A stretch of 62,991 bases of DNA, the filler included, from Globobulimina sp. (Eukaryota): assembly GCA_003354225.1 (NCBI GenBank). It is 13 parts of 13 records of this genome, joined end to end, with 100 filler letters (N's around TTAATTAATTAA, not from the genome) between each part and the next. Parts side by side here need not be neighbours in the genome. Positions count along the whole stretch, not along the records: positions 1 to 4,758 come from PIVH01000942.1; positions 4,859 to 9,616 come from PIVH01000943.1; positions 9,717 to 14,473 come from PIVH01000944.1; 10 more parts are not named here. One strand, written 5' to 3'. Positions 1 to 12,700 of the stretch are shown one piece after another (the first letter of the stretch is position 1; each line of letters opens with the position of its first letter). Under the pieces are notes generated by a model. The model saw only the letters and a list, made by a program, of their open reading frames with translations. It was not told the DNA's origin and searched no databases. The position numbers and the translations under genes are program-made.

Positions 1-306
1 CTATTTACTGGATATTGTTGCAGTATAAACAGAGTACGTATATACCTAAAAGCAAAAAAGTATGCTTGTGCACATTGGGCAATAATTAAAATCGACAATG
101 ATATCCCAAAAAATACCAACCTCTGTTGTTGGTAAAAATCAATTAATACGACAATATGAAATGCAACATCTGCTATCGATACAAGTATTGTCAAAACATC
201 ATAACACAAAGTTACAAGTTGCAAACAAAACGTCTTTTCAGAAGGCATGAATTTAAGCTGCAGTCAAGAGCTGACTTACTGTAACGTTTCGAAAAAAAAG
301 CATTGT

Positions 307-3300
307 TCAAATTTCAGTTTCTTCTTTGTCATTATTATTCCTGTTATTGTCTTTGTTAACAATTAATGTATTTGCATCACCATCATTATCATTATTATCG
401 TTCTCCTCATTTTTTAAGCGATTCTGATTCTTATTCGAGTTATTTCCAAAGGCATTTATTAATAATGTGTTTTTATCCAATTCCTGATCTAATCCAAAAT
501 GCCATCCTTCTTTTCTTCGAATGAACTCCGCCGCGGCTTGAACCAAAGACAAACACATTCCAACTTCCCCAAAATATTTGATCGAATCATCTAAAAACTT
601 TTGCAAATATCCTAATCTCATATAAATATCATCAATGCGACAATGCACAATGATCCACACTAAAATAGGAAACAAGTCATCTGCACATAATTGAACATTT
701 TCTTTGGCCACAACTGAATTATAACAATCATCACTATCAAATTGCAATTGTTTCACCTCATCAATGGTATTCAAGTTCGAATTCGTATTATTTAGCTTCA
801 CATAGTACGCAATCACATCCTTCCTATATTTATACTGCGACGCATTCGAATTTATTAACCTTAATCCTTCAATGAAACAATAAAGCATATCATTGGGCAC
901 ATACACATTCTGTGCTTTATTAAATGACAAAATCGCTTCATAATAAGGCAACTGCGGATGAATCATATTATTCTTGATCGCGAACCGCGAATTAAACTGC
1001 GACTGAATGCCCTTTTGATGCACTCTCTGATATTCCAATGGTATACTTAGCTGCGACTGCGTCAAATTCCTCATCCACTCACAATTTGCGGCAAATTCAA
1101 CATCAAATTCCCGCTCTTCTTCGCTATATAAACTGATCCAAATCGGTATTTTATTACTTTCGATCTGTCCATTTCCAAACGATAGCCGCGGAAATACCAA
1201 CCGATCCAAATACAATTTCAACACATAATACGTATCCACGTACTTCATACCATACTTATGCATCAACTCAATATCTTGCAAACAAGTCACATCTTTGTCG
1301 TCCAACTGGTTTGGGTCCCAATCGTCCCGTTGGTACACGGGGTACTCCCGCAATATCAACGTAGTCACTTCCTGTAAGAAGTCGCCCACATCCTGGGCGC
1401 CAACGCGCTTTTTCTTTTGTATATCCTTCCTCCATTTCCGCAACAACTTGCCTTCGCAGTATCTGTCGTCAATCAACAAACAGTTAAACTCGACTTGCAA
1501 ACCTTTGTCATCCGGAGGGTGGTAATGGTAATTTTGCGAACGAATTAAGTATTTACACTCGAAGCCGTTCAATATGAGTCTGCGGTATATATTGCCGCGC
1601 TCACTCGCGGTCTGTTGGACCATTATCTTTTCGATCAATGACTCGTACTGGACACGCAACTTACTCTCCACATCGATCAATGTGGGCAGCACCTCCTGCA
1701 ATACGCTGGCGTCCAGCTCCAGGGCCAACAGATTGGGGTTTTTGAACACATATTCCACTGCAACGGGCGTAGCCGTATTCGCTATCTCATCGTCACCGAT
1801 CGGCGCAGTGATCGCAGGCAATTTGCTAAAGCTGTTATTCATTCTCTTCTCCATCGACGTGCTCGGCGATGACAAATATTTATTATTACCGGTATCGGCA
1901 TCGTCGACCTCGAATATAATATGCTTCACCTTCTCCATATCGCCGCCATCCAACACAAACTGCACTTTGCTCACAATGTGTTGCAAAATATGCAATTTGG
2001 CCATGGCGATCTCGATTTGCGAAGACAATAACAAGTACTTATTCTCATAATAAGTGCGCGCCATATTCTCCGCTTCAATCTGTGCCCAACGTTTCCAGCG
2101 CTTTAGTTCGGAGCTCATCTGTTTGCGGCAGTTATGCAATTCAGACTGGTATTGCTTAATTAGCGCTTCTTGTTTATGTATGGCAGTTTTAAGCAGCGTG
2201 GCATACGACGTGAAAGCTTGTCTGTTCTTATCCGTCCAGGTCTGGATTTTGCTCAATAAGCGGGAAAACATGCCAGTGGAACGCGTGGCTTTTTTGACTG
2301 CCTTTTCAGGCCATTTTGCGCATTTTGCACTCTTGTCCTCGTCGGTGGGACTGCTGCTATATTCCCGCGTGGGCGTCGCAAAATAATTGCTGTCAATCTC
2401 ATGCTCTTCGTCAATCACTTTGGCCTCGGCTTTGCTCTCTTTCTTTTCCCTGCGTTTCCTATGCAATGTGTGAGATAACTTGCCATTGTTTTGCTTGTCC
2501 TGGTTATCCGAGGATGGTATATTGATGTCGCCAATCTCTTTGATTTTGGTTTTATACTTTTTCTTGAGTTGGGAGGGTGTGCTGCTATTCGTTTTGCGGT
2601 GGTTTGTGTGGTGAAACTGCTCCAAATGTTGGCTGACCTGATGGCTCAGATCGTGTCTGGTGTCGGATGACTGCGAGTTGGATAAACGTGCTTGTAATTG
2701 GATGGGGTCAAATTCGTTGTTGGCATAGTCACTGCCCGCGGACTCTTTGCTGGTGGAGCGAGCTCGGCGGTGTATACCGGGAATGGAGGTGTTTAAATCC
2801 GTTAATGCGTCGTCTGAGTGATCATGGCATGTATCTGGAGATTGAGCTGGTGATTCTAAGACGGGAGTGGTCTCCGATGGCGCCAATTGAGAGTGTTGTA
2901 ATTGTGTTTTTTCATCTGCTGTGTCTATGGTATCGATGTCAATATCGAGGTCAGTTTTAAGCTCCATATTGTTGTCAGAGTGGTTGGATACGAGTGACAT
3001 GTCAGATGTAGTGCGATTGTGTGTGCGTTTGGGAGATTTGCTATGTTGTCTGGTTTGATATGATGGGTGTTTATTTTTGGAATAATTTCGAAAGTCATGA
3101 CTATGGGCCCAGCCGCAGTGCAAATCATTCACCCAATCCGGGAGGTATTTTGTGGAGGTATGTGAACCTTTTCTTTTTTTACGCTTCTTTGCATGCAATT
3201 TTGCTTGTTTTTTCAATTCTTGTTCATATTTTAGATTATCTGCTAAGATTTGCGGCACTGACGGTACTGGAGGTAGTAGGTTGTCAATTGTTGAATTGCT

Positions 3301-3327
3301 GGATAGTTCGCTTTTTTTGCGCCCCAT
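307..3327 (-). CDS. VPS9-domain protein (putative Rab5-family GEF) with long low-complexity N-terminus and coiled coil
   Basis: Single long ORF, first ATG at 3327. C-terminal motifs CADDLFPILVWIIV and GEVGMCLSLVQAAAEFI match the VPS9 signature. Confidence 0.8.
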   Translation of the reverse strand: MGRKKSELSSNSTIDNLLPPVPSVPQILADNLKYEQELKKQAKLHAKKRKKRKGSHTSTKYLPDWVNDLHCGWAHSHDFRNYSKNKHPSYQTRQHSKSPKRTHNRTTSDMSLVSNHSDNNMELKTDLDIDIDTIDTADEKTQLQHSQLAPSETTPVLESPAQSPDTCHDHSDDALTDLNTSIPGIHRRARSTSKESAGSDYANNEFDPIQLQARLSNSQSSDTRHDLSHQVSQHLEQFHHTNHRKTNSSTPSQLKKKYKTKIKEIGDINIPSSDNQDKQNNGKLSHTLHRKRREKKESKAEAKVIDEEHEIDSNYFATPTREYSSSPTDEDKSAKCAKWPEKAVKKATRSTGMFSRLLSKIQTWTDKNRQAFTSYATLLKTAIHKQEALIKQYQSELHNCRKQMSSELKRWKRWAQIEAENMARTYYENKYLLLSSQIEIAMAKLHILQHIVSKVQFVLDGGDMEKVKHIIFEVDDADTGNNKYLSSPSTSMEKRMNNSFSKLPAITAPIGDDEIANTATPVAVEYVFKNPNLLALELDASVLQEVLPTLIDVESKLRVQYESLIEKIMVQQTASERGNIYRRLILNGFECKYLIRSQNYHYHPPDDKGLQVEFNCLLIDDRYCEGKLLRKWRKDIQKKKRVGAQDVGDFLQEVTTLILREYPVYQRDDWDPNQLDDKDVTCLQDIELMHKYGMKYVDTYYVLKLYLDRLVFPRLSFGNGQIESNKIPIWISLYSEEEREFDVEFAANCEWMRNLTQSQLSIPLEYQRVHQKGIQSQFNSRFAIKNNMIHPQLPYYEAILSFNKAQNVYVPNDMLYCFIEGLRLINSNASQYKYRKDVIAYYVKLNNTNSNLNTIDEVKQLQFDSDDCYNSVVAKENVQLCADDLFPILVWIIVHCRIDDIYMRLGYLQKFLDDSIKYFGEVGMCLSLVQAAAEFIRRKEGWHFGLDQELDKNTLLINAFGNNSNKNQNRLKNEENDNNDNDGDANTLIVNKDNNRNNNDKEETEI

Positions 3328-3742
3328 GCTTGATGCTGACAATAAATTTAGAAAAAACCGGCAAAACTTTACTTAAAACACAAAACTACTTTTTCTACAA
3401 GACAAAAGGGACAAGTTATAGTCACAACGAACAAAAACATTACTCCACTCCTTTTGACCCGTTTACTCCACTCTTGTACGTGATTGGTAACGTTATCTGA
3501 ACGTCACGTTTTTACTGTTTCCAACAAATATACAGGTGTGACACACAAAAAATAGATTGATTAATAAATTACTTTTGTTTTGTAATAGATCTGTATCAAA
3601 CACAAAACTGATTGATATAATTATATTAAAACCAGGAACAATTCAAAATAAAAAGCAAAAACAAAACGTCGATGGGGAGGCACAGGACACAGAAACATAA
3701 ACAAAATACATATATAATATATACACAGACATATAGAATTAT

Positions 3743-4758
3743 TTATTTTTTATCCGGGAAACATTTATTATATAATTGCTGAATATCATCATTTGCTTGA
3801 TCATTTTCTCTCTTTTTCATAATAATTTGCGTACTTTTCTTATCCAACCCAGTTAAATACGCACCGGCGCCGCTGGATAACTTTTGGAGAGCTTTTCTGA
3901 ATGCCTTCCTATCACCGCTTAAACACGTAAATTTAACCAAATTGCATTCCGAAACTGCCTCATAATACAAACCAATATGCACACAAACCACATCCATGGA
4001 TTTCTCTTTACTCTTCGTCAGATTTTCTAAGTCTTCGAGTGCCGCACGAAAAACCAACGAAAAATTCACCACATCGATGTACAGTCCATCCCAGCCATCA
4101 TCCTCCTTTTCCTCCGCATCGCCATCGCCATCCGCCTCATTCTCTTCTTTGCCATATTCAAAGCCAATATTATTGTAATCCGGTTTGATCAAATTGCCAT
4201 TCAACTGACTGCACACCGCCTTGGCCAATGCCTGTAATACCTCATACGCCGTATTCTTAGTCGATGTGTATATATCGTGTGGATTAATAATCTCATTTTC
4301 CGGTAATTTCGGCGGTAAATCTTGCTCCGTTTTGCCGGCCTTTTCGATGGCCGCCACGATCTTATCAATCAACGGTCTCTTCATCGAACCTCGTAATATA
4401 TTCTGCTTATTCGGATCACTATGTCTCTGCTGCTCCATTCTCTGATGCCGATATCGTAGCACTTTGATCAAGTCGTCATTGTTGAGCAAATCGTCCGTGT
4501 TGGTGAACCACGAATGCTTTTTGATCTTATCGATACTGATTCGTTTATCTGGATCGTAACACAACATTCTTGTAATCAGATCCGTTTCTTCCTGCCGCAA
4601 ACCGCAATTTCTGTGCGATTTCCAGAAACTTTTGTACTTTTTATGTACGATATATTGATACCATCGATCATTATCTCGCGCGTGTTCAAAAGGGGGGTAT
4701 CCGCCCAATAATATAAATAACACCACGCCCATTGCAAAGATATCGATTTTTTTGTCGT
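3743..4758 (-). CDS. Ser/Thr protein kinase (CAMK-like), 5'-truncated at contig end
   Basis: Subdomains IX-XI visible: DIFAMGVVLFILLGGYPPF ... DLITRMLCYDPDKRISIDKIKKHSWF. Confidence 0.9.
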
Positions 4759-4858
4759 NNNNNNNNNNNNNNNNNNNNNNNNNNNNNNNNNNNNNNNNNN
4801 NNTTAATTAATTAANNNNNNNNNNNNNNNNNNNNNNNNNNNNNNNNNNNNNNNNNNNN
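4759..4858. other. Artificial contig linker (N-run, TTAATTAATTAA, N-run). Same linker at 9617-9716, 14474-14573, 19330-19429, 24185-24284, 29038-29137, 33891-33990, 38743-38842, 43595-43694, 48447-48546, 53296-53395, 58144-58243
   Basis: Twelve identical 100-nt spacers with stops in all six frames. Contig lengths fall monotonically from 4758 to 4748. Confidence 0.98.
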
Positions 4859-5096
4859 AAGGGACAAACTTAAGTAAAAAAGGATCGAGCGATAGTCACG
4901 AACAGCAGCTTTGAGACATGAATATTTACAAATATACATTTAAAGAAAATGGCAACAAAAAAAATGTTTCTAAAATACAGATGTCAACAAAAAGAAATGG
5001 AACATTCACTAAAAAACAAAAGGCGAAAACATCCAAAAACACTCAAAGAACAGTTTATAAACATAACAAAAAACAATAAAGACGCTTGTTATTTTA

Positions 5097-5449
5097 TTAT
5101 TTATTTTTTCCAAATAATTTGAATTTCTTTTTCTTTTTTCCTTTCTTGCCTTTCTTACCTTTCTCTTTTGTGTCTGGTGGTGGCTGTTGCTGTGGTGGTT
5201 CCTGTTGTTGTTGTCCGCCACCCTGATTATCCCATTGTTGCTGCTGTTGTTGTTGTGGTGGTGGTCCTCCCCATCCCTGATTATTATTATTTGCCTGTAC
5301 ATCATCGGAATCCGAGTCATCATCTTCCCAGCCATCATGATCATTATTCTGTTGATTTTGATTAGGTCCTCCACCATAACCACCACCACCTTGCGGATTA
5401 CCATATTGATTTTGATTTTGATTATTAAAATTCATCTGTGATCCATGCG

Positions 5450-5481
<32 letters not shown>

Positions 5482-8400
5482 GGTTGATTTTGTTGTTGCG
5501 GTGGCGGTGCATTAAAGTTATTATTTTGATTTTGATTTCCGCGGTTCCCCACTACTGCATTAATTTTCGCTTGTTTCGCTTTTTCAAAATCGTCTTCCGA
5601 TGACGAGTCATCTGCATTTGGATCATCATCAGAATCCGTATCCCATTTATCTTTCCCATACAAACTATTCTGTTTATCCCTTGCTGGCTGATTAGGATTA
5701 GGATTCTGATTCATATGACCACCGCCCTGACCTCCCTGGCCACCCATATTAGGATTACCAAAATTCTGTTGCGATTGATATGGATTACGATTATTCGGAC
5801 CCGGACCACCACCGAAATTCATCTGCGATCCATACTGTTGTTGCGGTTGCTGTTTCTGCTGATTATTCCTTCCAAAATTCTGCTGTGATCCATATGGATT
5901 CTGGTTACGATTACCGCCAAAATTCTGCTGCGAACCATACTGATTTGCATTTTGGTTATAACCGCCTTGTTGATTTGGGTTTTGATTATTAAAATTCATC
6001 TGCGATCCATACGATTGCTGCTGTTGCGGATTTGCATTTTGGTTGGGATTCCCACCAAAATTCCTCTGATTATTTGGCTGCGGACCACCACCACCAAAAT
6101 TCATCTGCGATCCATACTGTTGCTGTTGCGGATTATTCTGCTGATTGTATCCCGGTCGCTGATTTTGATTTTGCTGCTGTTGCTGTTGCTGGTCTTCGTC
6201 ATGAAAGGGCCTCTCTACCATTCCAGACTGAACCGGCCCATTGAAGTTATTCTGCCCACCGCCTTGATTATACCCCTGCTGCTGATTTGGATTATAATTG
6301 GCCGGCCTCTGCGCATTATTCTGTCCTTGATACGACCCCGAACGCGGATCGTACGCACCCTGCGGCACATTCCCCTGCTGCTGCTGCTGCTGCTGCTGGT
6401 TTTTATTCCCTTTGTTCCGCGCATTCCTCTGCTTCTTCTTCTTGCTCCCACTCAACTTCTGCGCTTTGGTCAGCGCGATTTCTAATTTCTGTATCAACGG
6501 TTTCAATTTGGGGTGGACCTGAAAGCAGACTTTAATCATATTCGCGATCGCCTGTTCCTGCTGCGGCAATAACTTCCGTTTAGTTTTGCTGCATATATTC
6601 ACCAACGAAGCAATCCCATTCTGTGTCACATGCGCGTCTTTGTGGGGATCGCGGTACCAATCACTCAGCGCAATGGCCTCGATCACGCCATTCTGAATGA
6701 ACGGATCGACGCGTTCGGGGTCGTCGGTGAGGTTATAGATGGTAATGAGTGTATAATTTAAAAACTGGTCATTGGGTGGCCCGGGCTGCCCGGCACAGAT
6801 TTTTAGTAAATGCATAGGAACCATGGAGTTATAAATATATTGGCAAGCTTGTGGGTGTTTGGTGCGTGCGGTGAGAGCACAAATGGTGGGGACGGTGTCC
6901 ATTAATCGTTCATTGTCGGTCTGTTGCAAGGCATCGTTCATTAAACGAGCTAACTGTTTGCGATCAAAAGCGCGCATAATGACTTGCGGTAATTGCTGTT
7001 TGTCGCATTTGCAGGAAATGAACGTGATTACACTGAATAGTTGGTAGAAATATAAACTGTACGGTTCGGCGTCTAAGCACATTTCGTATAAAATATCGTA
7101 GCCTTCGTATTGATTATCGAAGAAACACTTTGCGATGGCTGGGTTTTGCGACATGTTGTTCAACATTCCCACGATGGTGGAGCGGACGGCCTCGTCCCAG
7201 ACACCGATCGAGTTTTGGATGGTTTTGATGCACTGCCACCCGCCCAATCTACCAAAGGCCTGCGCTTTTCCTGTGGTTGTTATGTGCAAAATTGGTAAAG
7301 ATTAAAGAAACGTTTCTGATAAAAACGTTTTTGGGAAATACGATTGTGTATAGATTAGTAACTTGGATCAGTGGTTAGATAGGAGATAATGGTAAGCATT
7401 TGCTGTGCAAATTGTCCTTTTTTAGCATCGAACATCGCGCCGCCTTGTCCTTGATTTTGGCCTTGATTTTGGCCTTGGTTTTGGCCTTGATTCTGTTGGT
7501 TTTGTTGTGGATTGTTGTTTTGGTCCTGATTCATTTGTTTTTGCATGGCGTGGTCCATAGCGGCTTGGCCGAATACATTGTTCAATGAATTTAATAAGGT
7601 TTGCACGCCTTTATCGTCGAGTTGCCGTTGTATTTTGGGGTCGGAAACCATGTTTGCCAATGAACGCGATGCTTGCAATTGCACTTTGAATACAGTTTGA
7701 TGTCTGTCCATACAGTATAATAAGACTCCAACTGCATCGGTTTTGGACGCTAACATCCGTTGTCTCTCATTTTGAAAAGCTACATTAGATAAAGCATCCG
7801 TGCATATACACACAAATGAGGGCATGTCCATGTATTCATTCATTACACTCAAAATGCCTTCGGTTAGGTTTGATTGTGCGGGGAACCGACGAGCCTCTGT
7901 GTTTTGCGAATTTGCGTATGTGAATGTGGTATGTGGCATTTATTGCGAATGTGCGTATAGCAGTGTAGTGTACCTATGGATGGGGCCAATAATATCATAG
8001 CTCGGAGGCAAAATGTCCGGATGGCGATGTCAAATGTTTGGGTTAATACCGCATGCAATCTGTCCAAGCCTCCTTTGGATAGGAAGGTGTAGCGGTTGTC
8101 TGTTTTCTGGCACATAATGTATAAATTGCGCAATGAATGCAACAATATGTTCTGTTCCTGTGTGGAGGACTTTTGATCCTGAAATACCAATTTGCAGACA
8201 TTGTGGATGTCCCATCCTAACACTGTTTTTTCAATGTGCGAGAATTCGTGTTGGGTAATTTGGGTATAATCTACGTATGAATCGGATAGTATTTCTAAAT
8301 ACATGTATGGAATTAAACCATCTTCTTGTTTTTTATTAATCGCATACCACCAGCCACACATTGATGTTTTTAATATTAAAAATTCTTCATTTTCTCCCAT

Positions 8401-8484
8401 GTCCAGTTCATCCTGGAAGACACGTTTCCATTTCTCTAAACTGCGAACTTGCAACGGATTTGATGGACTTACTTGTTGTGCCAT
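5097..8484 (-). CDS. SH3 + armadillo-like repeats + Q/N/G-rich tail; 3 exons (8484-7974, 7896-7363, 7270-5097)
   Basis: N-terminal SH3 motifs (DELDM...GWWYA...GLIPYMYL) and helical ARM-like repeats (GGLDRL, ASRSLANM, FIQNGVIEAI). GT-AG introns 7897-7973 and 7271-7362 join three ORFs in frame. Confidence 0.75.
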
Positions 8485-8544
8485 GATATTAAATCATGTA
8501 CAAAAAAACAACCAGTTAAGTAGCTAGTTTTCCTAAAAGTGAGC

Positions 8545-9616
8545 ATGAGTGCACAAGAAGAAAAAACACCATTATTTTTTGAGACAGATGTCAACTCCAA
8601 AACAAAGGATTGCAAAAATAATTGCCTTCAATACAGCAAAATTATAGTACCTGGAGTATTAATTGGCACAGCAGTATCAGGAATTTGGTCTTTTTTTGTT
8701 CGTCTTGATTCTATTTCAGTATATCCGAATAATCTCAATATAAATGGTGTCAAATGGTTTAATGGAATTGCATGCTTTCCAATTACAAGACCAATTGACT
8801 ATTCATATTGCAATGGTGTGGCAGAATCAATGTCAATGGATTCTGATTCAAATCCAGAATGGGACTGTTCTTTAAATACAGATTTTGAAAATTCAAATAT
8901 TATTGCTACATTTCCAGGTCTTTTACGTTCAGTTTATTCCTTTGTGATAACTGTAGCAATATGTTCATATTTTACTATTATTCACGATATTGGATTATTA
9001 CGAAAAATTAAAAATAATACATTCAATGAAATTCGTTTTTGGCCAAGTATGCAATTTATAAATTTACCATTACTAATAAAATATCCATTACAATTATTTT
9101 CATTTATATTTGAATCATTCCCATGTTTTATTATTTTATTATTAATTTTATGTATAGTTCCTATAATGTTCGTCCTTGTCGTCCTTTTTGATTTGGTTTA
9201 TGTATTTTATATGTTATTAATTTATCCATTTATTCAATGTAAATGTAATGGTAAATATTGTTGTTCCGGTATGATGGAAATGTCATCATCATGGATTGGA
9301 ATATCACGAACATTTGCTGTTTTTTCAGCAAATATATTTCTTTTACTTGGTTTAACTGGAATATCGAACAGAATTGATAGTAAAGAATCTCTTTGTCAAT
9401 GTTCTTGTAACTATTTAATACACACAGGTGATATTATGGCAATGTCAGCAGTAGTTGGCACATTAACTGTTTCTAATTTATTATTTCTCAGTTCTTGGTT
9501 TAATGAAGTTATACATGGCCAGTATTATTTCTATTTAATAAAATATTCATTACCAATTAAATTTGTACATGCCGTAAATCCTAATGATCCAACAACAGAT
9601 ATTATGAATGTTGATC
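8545..9616 (+). CDS. Multi-pass membrane protein of unknown function, 3'-truncated
   Basis: Long ORF with several hydrophobic segments and Cys-rich loops; runs into the linker. Confidence 0.6.
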
Positions 9617-9717
9617 NNNNNNNNNNNNNNNNNNNNNNNNNNNNNNNNNNNNNNNNNNNNTTAATTAATTAANNNNNNNNNNNNNNNNNNNNNNNNNNNN
9701 NNNNNNNNNNNNNNNNT

Positions 9718-12700
9718 ATAGAAGGCAAAGGCGCCACTAAAATATTCTATGGAGTAAAATTAGACGATCAACAAGGAAAAAACAACGGGACCGCAAACAA
9801 CATACAATACTTTGAATGCTTCAACAATTATGGGATCTTTGTAAAAGCAGAAAAAATCAAAAAATCGGAAGCCACCCAATTAAACCAAGTGCTCCCCAGA
9901 GTGTGCATCGGTGACCGGATCAAAGTGAAAGACAAACGGCAACACGGCATCTTGCGATTTGTTGGCATCGTCGAGTTTGACAAAGGATGTTATTATGGGG
10001 TCGAATTAGAAGAGCCATTGGGCGAAAATGATGGATCTGTGGATGAGCGGCAATATTTCGAATGTCCCGATTATTATGGCATATTTTGTAAAGTCAGCAA
10101 CATCGCATCTGTATGTAACCACACATATAATATAAATATAATATATAATCCATAACATTGCGATTTTCCGTATATTGCGCACATTCGCACCACTATCTAG
10201 GCGAAAATAAAAACGAGCTCAAATAAATTAAAAGTCAAGAAAAAACAAAAAAAATCAAGCTCTGACATCTCGCAAATAAAATCAAACTACAAAAAAAACC
10301 AAAACCAAAAACACAAAGACAGCCAACCCAAAGCCTCGAGATCTATGGTGGCTCCGCCACCGCCTACGTCTGAACCGGTGTCGCCTACAAACACTACAAA
10401 GCAACGAGGCAGTCTCTTGGACCAAGACATCGAATCTATGGGCTTTATACAGTTAAAAGCACGCTGTGGCATGGAACAATTATCCACATTTGGCACTAAA
10501 AAACAGTTATTAACCAGACTCAGACAACATTTACAAAAAACACACTCCTCTCCACCTACACAACCAATACAAAAATATCCACCCACACAATCATCACAGC
10601 CACAGCCACAGCCACCGGTAAAAAACAACAAAAACCAGCAAAATAGCTACAGTAGCAATAGCAGCGCAGGTTTCGACCCTGAATTACACGATTTGGACCC
10701 TGCGAAGGATGATTTTTTCCAACCTATCGCCACCGCCACAAATGACACTGACAAACGACAGGGCAGTATAGTATATAACGCAAGTTCTCGGGTCAATGCA
10801 TCCAATGCTATATCTGCCTTAGCAGATGGCGACGAAGAAGCCGCCGATCATGAACAGAAACAGCAACACAAACAACACATAAAAGCACCACAGCTGGTCA
10901 AAGCACAATCGAATGCATCTCCTACACACACAAGCTTACAACCATTAAAAAGCAAAATGCCACCTCTGCAAGTCTCGAAATCTACAATGGATATTACACA
11001 AACCAACACCAATAATACCAACAGCAATGCCAATGCCAACATCAACAATATACACACGACGCCACCAACCAATGAAGGCGCTCAAGATTGGATCATGTTG
11101 CCCGACCCCAGCAGTGGCAAAATGTACTACGCCAATCTAAAAACAAAAGAAACCCGTTGGCAGCCACCGCCTGGCTTTGGCGTCACGGAAACTAACTTGA
11201 ATCCGGGCTACAATCCGCAATTACAATTCGCCAACAACGGGGCAAACATCAATGCCAATCAATGGCAAACACGGCCGAACCCAGCCGTATGGCAATCATT
11301 TAGTACACAAAACCTATCGCAATATGCGAATCCAGGCGTGGCTAACCCAAACATGCAAGGGTACAATCAACAGAATCCAGGCTATTTAGGCCGACAAATG
11401 TCTGCCTTCGCCACTAATCCGGCCAATACATTCCAACAAAACCCACAATGGACGCGCTCAGTGGGCACCTTTCAAGCTCAAGGCGCTAATAACATGAATC
11501 TAGGCCAATATCAAGTTATTTTTTATTATATTTATATCCTTGCACTCCATTCTTTATTCAATACATATACTTTTAGAATCAGCCAAAGGCGAAGAGCCCC
11601 ATGAATATGGGTCATAAGCCGATGGCGAATAAACCAAATCACAACGCACAACAACGTAAAGAATCGCGCAAACCAATGGACGCTGCCAGTCAACAGCAAC
11701 AACATCATACTGTCGATCCATTGGCGAAATTGGAAGCGGCCAAATGGAAGAAAACGGTGGACCAAAATACTGGGAGAGAGTATTGGTATCACCGCGAAAC
11801 TAAGCAAACGACGTGGGAGCCGCCGCCGGCTGTACTTAAAGTGTCGGCGGAGAGCGCGGTGGGTGGCATAAGTGGGATGCAAGAGATTGCCAAAGCGGAT
11901 TGGGAAGACAGTGAAAGTGAATATTCTTCCGGCTCTGGCAGTTACTATGAAGACGATGATACAGAATCGGAGGAAGATGATACTAAAAAGAATCAATACC
12001 AACAACAAGCCCCGCAAGGTATTATTTAACGTAATAGATAATTTCAATAAACCGTATGAGAAACTACACAAAATATATAATTTTAATAATCAGGAAATTA
12101 TAATGCAGTGAATAATGGATATCCGCCCAATAATGGGTACAATCAATGGGGTAACCAACAAGGCCAAGCCCAAGGGCAGGGACAGGGATATAATAACCAA
12201 TGGCAGCCACAAGGTGGTGGTGCTGCGATAGCACAAAATCAATGGAACCAAGGAGGTGGCGGTGGTTATGGTAACAATGCATACGGATATCAACAGCAAC
12301 AACAACAGCAACAGCAACAACAACAACAACATGATGCGCGACAAATGTATCTCAAACCCGCGGGGCAGGTAAATAACCAAAATGAGGAGAAAACCGCCGA
12401 AGATAATCCATGGATATCCGCCGAAGAGGCATGTTCTATAAATAAAAAATATTATATACAATATACATTTTGTTTTTGTATGAAACAAGGCCAAATCCCG
12501 CGTGATTGTACGGGATACATTGAAGAGATATTGGCAAATCGGAGCAGAACAATCCTTCAAATTGGACGCTTGGGCCAAACAGCATTATTATATGAGCGGG
12601 CATAAGAAGGGCTTATTCGGCAAAAAGCAGCAAACCGTGTCCGACATCCTATCCTATGCAGATTTCAGTAAACTAAAGCAACCCTTAAACAAAGAGAGTT

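Noticed and set aside
4803-4814. Periodic TTAATTAATTAA palindrome every ~4.85 kb
   Set aside because: Always centred in N-runs with stops in six frames and separating length-sorted contigs: a concatenation linker, not biology. Cross-linker gene neighbourhoods are meaningless.
5400-6140. CRISPR-like spaced repeats (AAATTCATCTGCGATCCATA)
   Set aside because: They are the codons of the YGSQMNF protein motif in a eukaryotic exon; spacing is irregular and there are no cas genes.
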